A stretch of 64,000 nt of DNA from Alphaproteobacteria bacterium (GTDB taxonomy: Bacteria > Pseudomonadota > Alphaproteobacteria > Bin95). Position 1 is the first letter of the stretch, and the number at the start of each line of letters is the position of its first letter. This document shows positions 10,276 through 23,389 of this stretch, piece after piece. A model generated the notes under the pieces. That model searched no databases. It saw only the letters and a list, made by a program, of their open reading frames with translations, and was not told the origin of the DNA. Both the position numbers and the translations under genes were made by a program. The stretch is taken from NCBI GenBank assembly GCA_965205265.1, contig CBDBGH010000003.1, positions 2,208,001 to 2,272,000 on the forward strand, read 5' to 3'.

Positions 10276-11175
10276 TCACCCGAACACCGCCATCACCTCC
10301 TCGAAGGCCTTCATTTGGCCGCCGGCGGCCGACGACGGGACGAGAACGGGCGTGCGGACGCCGGCGGCGCGCAACTCCTCCACCCCCTCGCGAACCCTCG
10401 CCGGCGGACCGAACAGTGTGACATCGGCAAGCCAGCGGTCCGAGAGGCAGGCGGCGACCGCTGCGTCGCCCCCGGGCATGGCGCGTTCCACCGCCTCCAT
10501 CTCCTCCCGGTAGCCCGCGTCCTTCCAGTAGTTCCGGTAATAGGGAAGCTGCGCATAGCGCGTGAGCGTCTTGCGGTTGACCGCTTTCGCGGCCTCCAGG
10601 TCGTCGGAAACGCAGGTAGGCGTCATACAGGCGATCTCGAAGCCAGCATCCGCGCGCTTCTTCGCCGGCAGCGCTTCCAGCGACGCCGGGATGTGGCGGC
10701 GCGCGGCATTGGCGAACACGATGCCGTCGGCGATCTCCCCGGCGAGCGCGATCATGCGCGGGCGCATCGCCGCCAGCACCACCGGCGGCAACCCGCCCGT
10801 GCGCGGGACGCCCCGGATTTCCTCGACGAAAGCGCGGATATCGCCGAGCGGCTTGCCGGGCCTGATTCCCATGCGCTCATGGGTCGGCTGGTGAGACACA
10901 CCGATGCCGAAGCGGAACCGCCCGCCCGAGACCTCGTGGATAAAGGCCGCCGCCTGAGCGAATTCCTCGGCCTGCTGAAAGTAGATCGGCGCGATCGAGG
11001 TGGCGAAGACCGCGCGCTCTGTGACATGGGCGAGCGCATGGCAGAGCCCGAGGCCGCTGAACGGGCTCGGGACCCACATGCCGGCGAAGCCGCGGCGCTC
11101 GATCTCGCGGGCAAGCTCCAGCGTGGCAAGGCGGCGGCCGGGGACGGCGGTGAGGCTGAGGGCAGGCAAGTCCAT
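10276..11175 (-). CDS. LLM-class flavin-dependent oxidoreductase
   Basis: SGGRFRFGIGVSH, LAAMRPRMIALAGEIADG. Confidence 0.85.
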   Translation of the reverse strand: MDLPALSLTAVPGRRLATLELAREIERRGFAGMWVPSPFSGLGLCHALAHVTERAVFATSIAPIYFQQAEEFAQAAAFIHEVSGGRFRFGIGVSHQPTHERMGIRPGKPLGDIRAFVEEIRGVPRTGGLPPVVLAAMRPRMIALAGEIADGIVFANAARRHIPASLEALPAKKRADAGFEIACMTPTCVSDDLEAAKAVNRKTLTRYAQLPYYRNYWKDAGYREEMEAVERAMPGGDAAVAACLSDRWLADVTLFGPPARVREGVEELRAAGVRTPVLVPSSAAGGQMKAFEEVMAVFG

Positions 11176-11262
11176 CGGGTGGAATCCTTCCATTGCGAAG
11201 GGCGCAAGACTGGCACGGTTCCGCTTCCGGCGGGAAGCGTTCCCGCCTAGACTTTTCCCGTT

Positions 11263-13674
11263 ATGGCCCCCCTCCCCTCCCACGCCTCCATCGTCATCGT
11301 CGGCGGCGGCATTGTCGGGCTGAGCCTCGCCTACCACCTGGCGAAGGCCGGGCGCGACGGCATATTGCTGCTGGAACGCAAGCAGTTCACCTGCGGCACC
11401 ACCTGGCACGCGGCGGGCCTTGTGCGCTCCGCCGCGCCGCATCCGACGCTGGCCGCCATCCTCGCCGATTCGTCGCGGCTCTACGCCGAACTGGAGGCCG
11501 AGACCGGCCAGACCACCGGCTACCGGCGGACGGGCTCGATCTACACCGCCGGCAATGCAGAGCGCTGGGAGGAGCTCAAGCGCTCGGCAGCAAGCGCGCG
11601 GGCCTATGGCGCCGAGATCGAATTCTGCACGCCGGCGGACCTGAAGCGCCTCTGGCCGCTCCTGCATGTCGATGACCTGATCGGCGGCAGCTTCTATGCC
11701 GGCGACGGCCAGACCAACCCGGCGGACACCGCCGCTGCGCTCGCCAGGGGCGCGCGGCAGGCCGGCGCCGTGCTGCTGGAGAATGTGAAGGTCACGGGCA
11801 TCCGTGCGGCAGGCGGGCGCATCACCGGCGTCGAGACCGAGGCCGGGCCGGTCGCGACGGAGTGCGTCGCCAACTGCGCCGGCATGTGGGCGCGCGAGGT
11901 CGGCCTGATGGCCGGAACGCCCGTGCCGCTCCACGCGGCGGAGCATTTCTACATCGTCACCGAGCCGATGGAGGGCGTCGAGGCCGGCCTTCCGGTCATG
12001 CGCGACCAGGACAGTTCCGCCTACTACAAGGAAGACGCCGGCAAGCTGCTCGTCGGCGCGTTCGAGCCGGTGGCGAAGCCCTGGGGCATGGACGGCATCC
12101 CGGAGGATTTCTGCTTCGACCAGCTACCCGACGACTGGGACCATTTCGAGCCGATACTGGAAGGCGCGCTGCACCGCGTGCCGGCACTGAGGGAGACGGG
12201 CATACGCCTCTTCTTCAACGGCCCGGAGAGCTTCACCCCGGACCAGGCGTTCCATCTGGGCCCCGCCGGCAATGTCGAGGGCTTCTGGATCGCGGCCGGT
12301 TTCAATTCCATCGGCATCCAGGCGGCGGGCGGCGTCGGCCAGCGGCTCGCGGCCTGGATCGAGGACGGCGCGCCGCCCTGCGACCTCTCGGCCTTCGACC
12401 CGCGCCGGATGCAGCCCTTCCAGAACGGCAGGACCTACCTCAAGGCGCGCGTCAGCGAGGCGCTGGGCCTCCTCTACGCCATGCACTGGCCCTACCGGCA
12501 ATTCGAGACGGCGCGCGGCGAGCGGCGGTCCCCGGTGCATGGCGCGCTGGCGGAAGCGGGCGCCTGCTTCGGCGAGGTCGCCGGCTGGGAGCGCGCCAAC
12601 TGGTTCGCGCGGCCGGGCGAAGAGCCCGTCTATGAATACAGCTACGGACGGCAGAACTGGTTCGGGGCGAGCGCCGCCGAGCACCGGAGCGTCCGCGAGG
12701 AAGCCGGCGTGTTCGACCTCACCTCCTTCGGCAAGATCCTGGTCGAGGGGCCGGACGCCGAGGCGCTGCTGCAATGGGTCTCGGCCAACGACATGAGCCG
12801 CCCGCCCGGAAGCGTGGTCTACACCCAATGGCTGAATGCGGCGGCCGGCATAGAGGCGGACCTGACCGTCACCCGGCTCGACGAGGCCCGCTACATGGTG
12901 GTGACGGCCGCGGCCGCCGCAGCGCGGGACCTGGCCCGGCTCCGCATGGAGGCTCGCGACCGGCGCGTGGACCTGGCGGACATAACGGACGAGCTGGCCG
13001 TGTTCGCCGTCATGGGGCCGAAGTCGCGCGCCCTGCTCGCGCCGCTGACATCGGCCGACCTTTCGGACAATGCCTTCCCGTTCGGAACCTCGCGGGAGAT
13101 CGAGCTGGCGGGCGCGCCGCTCAGGGCGTCGCGCATCAGCTATGTCGGCGAGCTCGGCTGGGAGCTGTATGTGCCCTGGAGCGAGGCGAGAGGGGTGTTC
13201 GCGGCGCTGCGGGACGCAGGCGCTGCGCCCGTCGGGATGCACGCGCTGGACAGCCTGCGCATCGAGAAGGCCTACCGCCACTGGGGCCACGACATCGCGC
13301 CTTCGGACAACCCGGTCGAGGCCGGCCTCGCCTTCGCCGTGAAGCCCGACGCCAAGGACTTCCTCGGCCGCGAGGCCTATCTCCGCGCGCGCGACGCCGG
13401 CCCTTCGCGCCGCCTGATGCAGTTCCGCCTGCTCGACCCCGAACCGCTGCTCTACGGCCATGAGCCGATCCTGGCGGACGGGCGCATGGTCGATACGCTG
13501 ACCTCCGCCAATTACGGGCACGCGCTGGGCGGGGCCGTAGGCCTCGGCTATGTGCCGGTGCAGGCGCTCGATGCCGGCGCATTCGCGATAAATGTGGCGG
13601 GCGTGGCCGTTCCGGCCGAGGCTTCGCTCAGGCCGCTCTACGACCCGGGGAACCGCAGGATGCGGGGTGTCTGA
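11263..13674 (+). CDS. GcvT-family FAD-dependent oxidoreductase (sarcosine/dimethylglycine dehydrogenase-like)
   Basis: GGGIVG, GTTWHAAG, NGPESFTPD, GWERANWF, SYVGELGWEL, LRIEKAY. Confidence 0.9.
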   Translation: MAPLPSHASIVIVGGGIVGLSLAYHLAKAGRDGILLLERKQFTCGTTWHAAGLVRSAAPHPTLAAILADSSRLYAELEAETGQTTGYRRTGSIYTAGNAERWEELKRSAASARAYGAEIEFCTPADLKRLWPLLHVDDLIGGSFYAGDGQTNPADTAAALARGARQAGAVLLENVKVTGIRAAGGRITGVETEAGPVATECVANCAGMWAREVGLMAGTPVPLHAAEHFYIVTEPMEGVEAGLPVMRDQDSSAYYKEDAGKLLVGAFEPVAKPWGMDGIPEDFCFDQLPDDWDHFEPILEGALHRVPALRETGIRLFFNGPESFTPDQAFHLGPAGNVEGFWIAAGFNSIGIQAAGGVGQRLAAWIEDGAPPCDLSAFDPRRMQPFQNGRTYLKARVSEALGLLYAMHWPYRQFETARGERRSPVHGALAEAGACFGEVAGWERANWFARPGEEPVYEYSYGRQNWFGASAAEHRSVREEAGVFDLTSFGKILVEGPDAEALLQWVSANDMSRPPGSVVYTQWLNAAAGIEADLTVTRLDEARYMVVTAAAAAARDLARLRMEARDRRVDLADITDELAVFAVMGPKSRALLAPLTSADLSDNAFPFGTSREIELAGAPLRASRISYVGELGWELYVPWSEARGVFAALRDAGAAPVGMHALDSLRIEKAYRHWGHDIAPSDNPVEAGLAFAVKPDAKDFLGREAYLRARDAGPSRRLMQFRLLDPEPLLYGHEPILADGRMVDTLTSANYGHALGGAVGLGYVPVQALDAGAFAINVAGVAVPAEASLRPLYDPGNRRMRGV

Positions 13675-13834
13675 CGGATCCGGCTTCCGGCAATCGTCGA
13701 AATCACGAGCTCCGGAACCGCGGAAAGCCCCAGTCCCCACAGTTTCCGGATCAGCTTCCCGATATGCCATTCGCGCATAAATGTTATCCGATTATGCACT
13801 TACCTTTCCGATTCCATGCTTCTAGAGACTATTT
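13674..13834. repeat. 161-bp target duplication, left copy (IS1634 copy 1)
   Basis: Identical to 18547-18707. Confidence 0.95.
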
Positions 13835-15514
13835 CCTGACTTCGACGGTTGATTCGCATAAGTAGTTGATATTGCCTGGTTCTCATTTCGGCTAGGCACT
13901 ACATCCGGCATTTCTTCGAGCCGTGCTTCGTCGACGGTCAGGCGAGTTGATACGGGGTGATCGTCAGGGGCAGCCCCATGGTTGCGTAAATCTGCTCCGC
14001 CGCCGGTGTCGGCTTCGAGGGGATGACGTAGCGGTTGCCCGATTGCCGACAGCGCAGCAGGGAGCACTGGCGGTGGACGAGGGCGGAGCGGATGACCTCC
14101 GGGGACATCCGCCGCTTCTGGATGGCGACGCGGTACGCAAGGTGTCGAACGCAGGCGAAGGCCAGGAAGGCGATGGCGATGTGAGCGCGGATCCGGTCCG
14201 GGTTCCAGTGCCAGATGGGACGTATCTTCAGGTCGTGTTTGGTGATCCGGAAGCTCTCCTCGACCTGCCAGAGCCCCTGGTAGTGAGCCATCACTTCGGT
14301 GACGCGCGCGTCGCGCAGATTGGTGATGACGCCGGTGAGCCCGTCCCATCGTGCGGCCTCGGCGATCTTCTCCGGGTTCACCGTGAGCCGTGCGTCGCCC
14401 TCGACGGCGATGAAGCGCTTCGCCCCGTGATTGGAGAGCAGTTCCCTGGGATTGTCGCTGCGGGCCAGCCTGTCGAGCAGGCGTTCCACCTGATGGCGGC
14501 GCTCGTGCGCGTCCTTGCGTGCGCGCTGGGGGCAGAAGACGACGATCAGGCGACGGCCCTTGTACTCCCACTCGCCGACCCGGCGGTCCTGTGAGCCCTC
14601 CAGCGGGGCATAGGTCCCGGGGTCGAGAACCTGCCCCAGCAGCGCGAGCGGCAGCTTGCGCAGCCGCGCGCCGACGACATACTCGCCGCCGATGGCGTCC
14701 ATGGCGTCGAGGTTGTCGGCGCTCAGCATGCCCCGGTCGGCCACGCATACCGTGCGCTCCACCTGGTGGCGGCGCTGCATGTCCTGCAGGACCGGGACCA
14801 TGCTGTGTCCCTCGTAGGTGGCGCCGGGGAAGACCTCGTAGCTGATCGGCAGCCCTTCGCGCGTCACCATCAGCGCCAGCAGAACCTGCGAGTCCTTGTG
14901 TTTGCCGTCCTTGCTGAAGCCGTGCTGGCGAAGCTCGTCCTCGGCGGCCGTCTCGAAGTAGAGCGTGGTGCAATCGAAGAAGAGGATCGCGACCGGCTCC
15001 GGCAGCAGCGACCGGCTCGCCTCGCCGACGCGCGTGCGCAGTCGCTCGATCACCGTCGCGTCGAGCTGATCCATCATCCGGTAGACCTTCTCGAGCGGAA
15101 GACTCACGCCGAAGTCCTCCTCGAGCCGGCGCACGCTGCCCCGCTTGCTGTCGGGGTTGGCTACCCGCGCCATCACCACATGGAACAGCGCGTCATGGGA
15201 GGCCCGGTAGCGCGAGCGCGGCAGCAGCGCGTCGAGGCCCAGCAGCCGGTAGATATAGCGCGACAATCTGGGTGAGAGCCGCGCGTCAATCAGGATGAGA
15301 TTCCCCGGCGGCATCGGCGAGTTGATGATTGTCGCGCGGGGCGCGGATTGCAAGCGGTTTCGGATTTTGATTGTCGCGGCGCGACAAACAGGGTTTTCGG
15401 AGAGCGTTTTGATTGTCGCGGGGGGGCCGTCGGGTCGGAGAAGAGACGGCCCGCGGAGGCGATTCCCGCGGGCTGTGAGTGTTGTGGCCGCTGGGCCGAT
15501 CTGGCGGCAGCGGT

Positions 15515-17862
<2,348 letters not shown>

Positions 17863-17930
17863 CTACTCGGAAAAACGTCACCGTTCGCCCAGCCGACCGA
17901 CCCCGCCAGAAGGTCCAGGAAAAATTTTTG

Positions 17931-17989
17931 AGGCGGCGGCCCGGAACTCCGGTCGGGCTACGCCCTCCCTCCGTTCCGGGCCGCCGCCT
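17931..17989. repeat. 17-bp-stem hairpin in the istA leader
   Basis: aggcggcggcccggaac ... gttccgggccgccgcct. Confidence 0.8.
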
Positions 17990-18546
17990 TCCCCCGTCTC
18001 ATCCTGATTGTCGCCAGCGTCTCAAGCTGATTGTCGCGCCGCAGGTAGATCTCGCCATAGACCTCGTGGATGCCTGTGATCAGGCGCTGCTCCTCTTCAA
18101 GCTGCTTGAGGTCGACCGGGAGTTCCTCCTTGCCGTCCCCCCGGCGGCCGACACGGATCGCCTGCTCAGCGATCTTCTCGGGCGCAAACAATGCCGGCTG
18201 ACGCTCGTCCTCCAGCTTCGCCTTGACGTACTCGCCGAGCTGCCTCAGGCGCTCGAGCTCGTCCTCGTCCATGGCCACGCCGACATGGCGGACGATGCGC
18301 TGTCGGACCTTGCCGCCGTCGCGCACGGCCTCGACGATCTGGACCGAGCGTCGCGGGCTGTTGGGGGAGGTCTTGATGCGCACGAACATGGGGGGAGTGT
18401 AGCGCGTGGCGGAGGCATTGACAGTCTCAAAGATTTACTAGGCACTACAACGCAGCTTGACCGCACCGCAACTGCCAACTCATTGGCTTTACTGAAAACT
18501 CCAGACGCGAGATCGGTCAGAAGTCAGCCCAACCGTCGAAGTCAGG

Positions 18547-18707
18547 ACGGATCCGGCTTCCGGCAATCGTCGAAATCACGAGCTCCGGAACCGCGGAAAG
18601 CCCCAGTCCCCACAGTTTCCGGATCAGCTTCCCGATATGCCATTCGCGCATAAATGTTATCCGATTATGCACTTACCTTTCCGATTCCATGCTTCTAGAG
18701 ACTATTT
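18547..18707. repeat. 161-bp target duplication, right copy (IS1634 copy 1)
   Basis: Identical to 13674-13834. Confidence 0.95.
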
Positions 18708-18802
18708 CTTGCGGTGAAGGAGGAGACTTCGCGTGCGGCGATGCTTGGGCAACCGGGCCTTGCCGGCAGGCAAATCGACACGGTTGTACCGGGACTGAAC
18801 CC

Positions 18803-19075
18803 ATGAAAAAATCGGATGTTGTCGGCCGGGTTGCCGACAGGACGGGTTTGAGCAGGGGCACGGCGGAAGAGGCGGTCAATGCCATGCTGGCTGCGATAGG
18901 AGAAGCGCTGGCCCGCGGCGAAGCCGTGCGCATATCGGGCTTCGGCAGGTTCTCCGTAAGGACCCGGCCGGCCCATACCGGGCGCAATCCGGGCACTGGC
19001 GAACCGATTCGGGTCGGCGTCTCGAAAACACCGCTCTTCAAGGCCGGCAAGCGTCTCAAGGAGGTTGTGAACTAA
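18803..19075 (+). CDS. HU/IHF-family DNA-binding protein
   Basis: MKKSDVV, ISGFGRF, GRNPGTGE, FKAGKRLKEVVN. Confidence 0.92.
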   Translation: MKKSDVVGRVADRTGLSRGTAEEAVNAMLAAIGEALARGEAVRISGFGRFSVRTRPAHTGRNPGTGEPIRVGVSKTPLFKAGKRLKEVVN

Positions 19076-19186
19076 TGGGTTCCCGGCGGCCGGGCCTTTC
19101 GGAGCCCCAGGGACGGAACCCGGAGCCGCCCCCGTCCCGCCGGCTTGCCTTGACCGCCGGCCCGGCCGTGCTATCCAGCGGCGGCG

Positions 19187-19399
19187 ATGAGCGGGCTCGG
19201 CGAACTCTTCCATATGGGCGGCTATGCGGCCTATGTCTGGCCGGCCTATGGCGCGGCTGCGGCCGTGCTGGCCGGCCTGCTTGCCGAGAGCGTGCTGAGG
19301 CTGCGCCGCGCCCGGCGCCGTCTGGCGGCGCTGGAAGCCGTCGGCGGCGGAGTGGACAGTGCAGCTGCCGCCGGCGGCGGCGCGGACAATGCGGCCTAA
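19187..19399 (+). CDS. ccmD: Heme exporter protein D
   Basis: MGGYAAYVWPAYG motif. Confidence 0.85.
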   Translation: MSGLGELFHMGGYAAYVWPAYGAAAAVLAGLLAESVLRLRRARRRLAALEAVGGGVDSAAAAGGGADNAA

Positions 19400-19820
19400 G
19401 CGCCGGCGCCTTCTGCTGCTGGTCTCCGCGCTGGCGCTTCTCGGCGGGGCGGCCGCGCTGGCGCTCACGGCGCTCGACGACACGATGCGCTTTTTCCACT
19501 CGCCGAGCGAGGTCGCGGCAGGGGCCGTGGCGCCGGGCCGGGAGTTCCGCATCGGCGGGCTGGTGGAAGAAGGTTCGCTGACACGGTCCGGCACGACTGT
19601 CAGCTTCCGCATCGCGGACGGCGCGCACGCTGTCACCGTTCGCTATACGGGGCTGCTGCCGGACCTGTTCCGCGAAGGACAGGGCGTGGTGGCGACCGGC
19701 GCGCTCGACGGCGGGAGGACCTTCCAGGCGACGCAGATACTCGCCAAGCACGACGAGAACTACATGCCGCCGGAGGCTGCGGAGGCGCTGCGGCGCGCAG
19801 GCAAGGCGGACGGGTCGTGA
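19389..19820 (+). CDS. ccmE: Heme chaperone CcmE
   Basis: LPDLFREGQG, LAKHDENYMP. Confidence 0.95.
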   Translation: MRPKRRRLLLLVSALALLGGAAALALTALDDTMRFFHSPSEVAAGAVAPGREFRIGGLVEEGSLTRSGTTVSFRIADGAHAVTVRYTGLLPDLFREGQGVVATGALDGGRTFQATQILAKHDENYMPPEAAEALRRAGKADGS

Positions 19821-21781
19821 CGGCGGAACTCGGCAATTTCGCGCTCGCGCTGGCGCTGGGCCTCGCGTTGTTGCAGGCGGCATTGCCGCTCTACGGCGCC
19901 GCCAGGGAGAAGCCGGCGCTGATGGACCTCGCCCGGCATACGGCGCTCGGGCAATTCGTCCTCATCGCAATCGCGTTCGCTGCGCTCACGAGAGCCTATG
20001 TCGTCTCCGACTTCTCGGTCGCGGCGGTCGCGCAGAACTCGCATTCGCTGAAGCCGCTGCTCTACCGCCTGACCGGCGTGTGGGGGAATCACGAGGGCTC
20101 GCTGCTGCTGTGGCTGCTGATACTCACGCTGTTCGGCGCGATGGTGGCGGTGTTCGGCGGCAGCCTGCGGAAAACTTTCCAGGCCCGCGTGCTCGCCGTC
20201 CAGGCGATGATCGGGTCCGGTTTCCTCGCTTTCACCCTGTTCACCTCCAACCCGTTTCAGCGCGTCTGGCCGCCGCCGCTGGACGGCGCGGGCCTGAACC
20301 CGTTGCTGCAGGACCCCGGCCTCGCCTTCCATCCGCCGCTTCTCTATTTCGGCTATGTCGGCCTGTCGGTCGCCTTCTCCTTCGCCGTTGCCGCCCTTAT
20401 CGAAGGGCGGGTGGACCGGGCCTGGGCGCGCTGGGTGCGGCCCTGGACGCTTGCGGCCTGGGCGGGGCTGACCGCCGGCATCGCACTGGGGAGCTGGTGG
20501 GCCTATTACGAGCTCGGATGGGGCGGCTTCTGGTTCTGGGACCCGGTGGAAAACGCCTCCTTCATGCCCTGGCTCGCAGCCACGGCGCTCCTGCATTCCG
20601 CCATCGCGGCCGAGCGGCGCGAGGCGCTCAGGTCCTGGACCGTCCTGCTCGCCATCCTCGCCTTTTCGCTGAGCCTGCTCGGCGCCTTCCTGGTGCGCTC
20701 GGGCGTGCTCACCTCCGTGCACGCCTTCGCCACCGACCCCGAGCGCGGCGTCTTCATCCTCCTGCTGCTCGGCGTCGCGACGGGCGGCGCGCTCGCGCTG
20801 TACGCATGGCGGGCGCCGGCGCTCGGAGCGGGCGCGCCGTTCCGTCCGGTGTCGCGGGAGGGCGCGCTGTTGCTGAACAATCTCGTGCTGGTCACCGCCT
20901 GCGCGACGGTGCTGCTCGGCACGCTCTACCCCCTGTTCCTCGATGCGCTCGACGCCGGCAAGGTCTCGGTCGGGCCGCCCTATTTCACCGCAACCTTCGT
21001 GCCGCTGGTCGCTCCGGCGCTGGTGGCGATGGCGGTAGGACCGATGCTTGCCTGGAAGCGCGGCGATGTCGCGGGCGCGCTCGGGCGGCTCTGGCTGGCG
21101 GCGCTCGGGGCCGCGCTCGCCGCCGGTGCGGCGCTTTCGTACGGAGAGACGCTGGCGGCGCTGGGGCTTGCCGCCGCCGCCTGGATCGGGCTCGGCGCGC
21201 TGGTCGAGTGGGGGGAGCGCCTGCGCCTCGGCCGCGCGCCGGCCGGCGAGGTCTGGCGGCGGGCCCGCACCATGCCCCGCGCCGCCTGGGGCGGCGGCCT
21301 TGCGCATCTGGGCGTGGCCGTCGTCGTCGCCGGCATCACCGCCTCGCAGTGCTTCCAGTCCGAACTCATCCTTGCGATGAAGCCGGGCGACAGCGCCCGC
21401 ATCGCCGGCTACACGATCCGCTATGACGGGACCGCCCGCGTCGAGGGGCCGAACTACCGGGCGGACCGCGCCACGCTCTCCGTGCTGCGCGACGGCGCGC
21501 CGGCGGCCGTCCTCGCGCCCGAGCGGCGCTTCTATCCGGTCGAGCGCCAGCACACGACGGAGGCGGCGATCCGCACGACCGTCCTGGCCGACCTCTATGC
21601 GGTGATCGGCGAGGACGATCCGCAAGCGGGCCGCACGGTCCGCCTCTACCACAACCCGCTGGTGCCCTGGATCTGGATCGGCGCCATCGTCATGGCGCTC
21701 GGCGCGCTGGTCTCGCTGAGCGACCGCCGCCTGCGCCTCGCCGTTCCGGCCGGGCGCCGCCGGCAGCCGGCGGCCGCCTGA
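19817..21781 (+). CDS. ccmF: Cytochrome c heme lyase CcmF
   Basis: WGNHEGS, WAYYELGWGGFWFWDPVEN, SVHAFA. Confidence 0.96.
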   Translation: MTAELGNFALALALGLALLQAALPLYGAAREKPALMDLARHTALGQFVLIAIAFAALTRAYVVSDFSVAAVAQNSHSLKPLLYRLTGVWGNHEGSLLLWLLILTLFGAMVAVFGGSLRKTFQARVLAVQAMIGSGFLAFTLFTSNPFQRVWPPPLDGAGLNPLLQDPGLAFHPPLLYFGYVGLSVAFSFAVAALIEGRVDRAWARWVRPWTLAAWAGLTAGIALGSWWAYYELGWGGFWFWDPVENASFMPWLAATALLHSAIAAERREALRSWTVLLAILAFSLSLLGAFLVRSGVLTSVHAFATDPERGVFILLLLGVATGGALALYAWRAPALGAGAPFRPVSREGALLLNNLVLVTACATVLLGTLYPLFLDALDAGKVSVGPPYFTATFVPLVAPALVAMAVGPMLAWKRGDVAGALGRLWLAALGAALAAGAALSYGETLAALGLAAAAWIGLGALVEWGERLRLGRAPAGEVWRRARTMPRAAWGGGLAHLGVAVVVAGITASQCFQSELILAMKPGDSARIAGYTIRYDGTARVEGPNYRADRATLSVLRDGAPAAVLAPERRFYPVERQHTTEAAIRTTVLADLYAVIGEDDPQAGRTVRLYHNPLVPWIWIGAIVMALGALVSLSDRRLRLAVPAGRRRQPAAA

Positions 21782-22278
21782 TGCGCCGCCTGCTGTTCCT
21801 GGCGCCCCTGGCGGTCTTCGCCGCGCTCGCCGCCTGGCTGTATGCCGGCCTCGGCGGCGACCCGGCGCGCATTCCTTCGCCGCTGGTCGGGCGGCCTGCG
21901 CCGGCTTTCGCCGTGGACGGCCTCGCAACGGCCGACCTCGAAGGCCCGGCGCTCGTGAACATCTTCGCGTCCTGGTGCGTGCCCTGCCGCGCGGAGCATC
22001 CCCTGCTCACGCGCCTGGCGGAGGAGCGGGGAGTCGCGATTTACGGCATCGCCTACAAGGACAAGCCCGAGGCCGCGAACGCCTTTCTCGCCGAACTCGG
22101 CAACCCCTACCGCAAGGTCGGCTACGACGAGGACGGCCGGGCCGGAGTCGAGTGGGGCGTGACGGGCGTGCCTGAGACCTTCGTGCTCGACGCCGGGGGC
22201 GTGGTGGCGTTCAAGCATACCGGCCCGCTGACGCCCGACGCCGTGCGCCGCGACCTGCTGCCTGCGCTCGGGCGATGA
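21781..22278 (+). CDS. ccmG: Thiol:disulfide interchange protein CcmG/DsbE
   Basis: FASWCVPCRAEHP, GVPETF. Confidence 0.93.
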   Translation: MRRLLFLAPLAVFAALAAWLYAGLGGDPARIPSPLVGRPAPAFAVDGLATADLEGPALVNIFASWCVPCRAEHPLLTRLAEERGVAIYGIAYKDKPEAANAFLAELGNPYRKVGYDEDGRAGVEWGVTGVPETFVLDAGGVVAFKHTGPLTPDAVRRDLLPALGR

Positions 22279-22670
22279 TGCGGCCTCTGGCGATACTGGC
22301 GTTTCTGCTGGCGTTGCTGTCCGCTCCGGCCCAGGCGGCGCTCGATGCGAGCGAGATGCTCGCGGACCCGGCGCTGGAGGCCCGCGCCCGCGCGCTCGCC
22401 AAGGGATTGCGCTGCGTGGTCTGCCAGAACCAGTCCATCGACGATTCGGGCGCCGACCTGGCAAGGGACCTCCGCCGGTCGCTGCGCGCAAGGCTGCTGG
22501 CCGGCGACAGCGACGAGGAGGCGATCGGCTATCTGACGAAGCGCTACGGCGACTATGTGTTGCTGGAGCCGCCGCTCAAGCCCGCGACCTGGGCGTTGTG
22601 GTTCGCGCCGGCCGGCTTCGCCATCGTCGCCCTGCTGCTGGCGCTGCGCTACTTCCGGCGGCGGGAGTGA
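22275..22670 (+). CDS. ccmH: Cytochrome c biogenesis protein CcmH/CycL
   Basis: LRCVVCQNQSIDDS, RYGDYVL. Confidence 0.93.
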   Translation: MMRPLAILAFLLALLSAPAQAALDASEMLADPALEARARALAKGLRCVVCQNQSIDDSGADLARDLRRSLRARLLAGDSDEEAIGYLTKRYGDYVLLEPPLKPATWALWFAPAGFAIVALLLALRYFRRRE

Positions 22671-23389
22671 CCGGCGGCCTCTGGCTCTGGCTCGCGGTCG
22701 GCGCGCTGGCCGCGGCGGCGGCCCTGCTGGTGCTGCGGCCGCTGGCGCGGGCGGGCATGGGCGCGCTGCCGGCCGCCCTGCTTGCCGCCGCGCCCGTCGC
22801 GCTCGCCTTCGCGCTCTATCTCTGGATCGGCCGGCCGGGCCTGCCGGACATGCCCATCGGCGAGCGCGCCGAGGAAGCCGCGCAGCATGCGGAGCTGGTC
22901 GGCCTCGCCGCGCGTCTCGAGGACCATCTCGAAACCAATCCGGGCGATGCGCGCGGCTGGCGGGTGCTTGCGGGGGCCTGGCGCGGCCTCGGGCGAACGG
23001 AGGAAACCGCACATGCGCTAGGCCGCGCGGTGCAGGCGGAAGGCGGCCTGGGCGCCGCGCCGGCCGGCCTCCTCGCGGATTACGGCGAAGCGCGCGCCGC
23101 CGCGGCGGCCGGGATGGTCACGCCGGACGCGCTGGCCGCGTTCCGGGCCGCGCTCCTGCGGGAAGCCGGGCAACCCAAGGCCTGGCACTATCTCGCCGTC
23201 GAGCGCCTGCAGTCCGGCGACGAAGCCGGCGCGCTCGCGCTCTGGCGAGGCCTGGAGGCCGCCTCCGAACCCGGCGCCCCCTGGCTTGGCATTGTGCGGA
23301 CCCGCATAGAAGGGCTGGCGCAGCGCCTCGGCCCCGCCGCAGCGGATGTCGCGCCTGCCGCCCCCGCGGGGGCGTCACCTGACGGATAG
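22667..23389 (+). CDS. ccmI: CcmI/CycH TPR-like cytochrome c biogenesis factor
   Basis: Two TM helices, LYLWIGRP, NPGDARGW TPR-like segment; GTGA overlap. Confidence 0.8.
   Translation: MTGGLWLWLAVGALAAAAALLVLRPLARAGMGALPAALLAAAPVALAFALYLWIGRPGLPDMPIGERAEEAAQHAELVGLAARLEDHLETNPGDARGWRVLAGAWRGLGRTEETAHALGRAVQAEGGLGAAPAGLLADYGEARAAAAAGMVTPDALAAFRAALLREAGQPKAWHYLAVERLQSGDEAGALALWRGLEAASEPGAPWLGIVRTRIEGLAQRLGPAAADVAPAAPAGASPDG

Noticed and set aside
13770-13800. ttcgcgcataa...ttatgcac as a dif/Xer site
   Set aside because: The arms are 11 bp apart rather than 6 and there is no XerD arm; more likely a transcription-factor palindrome.
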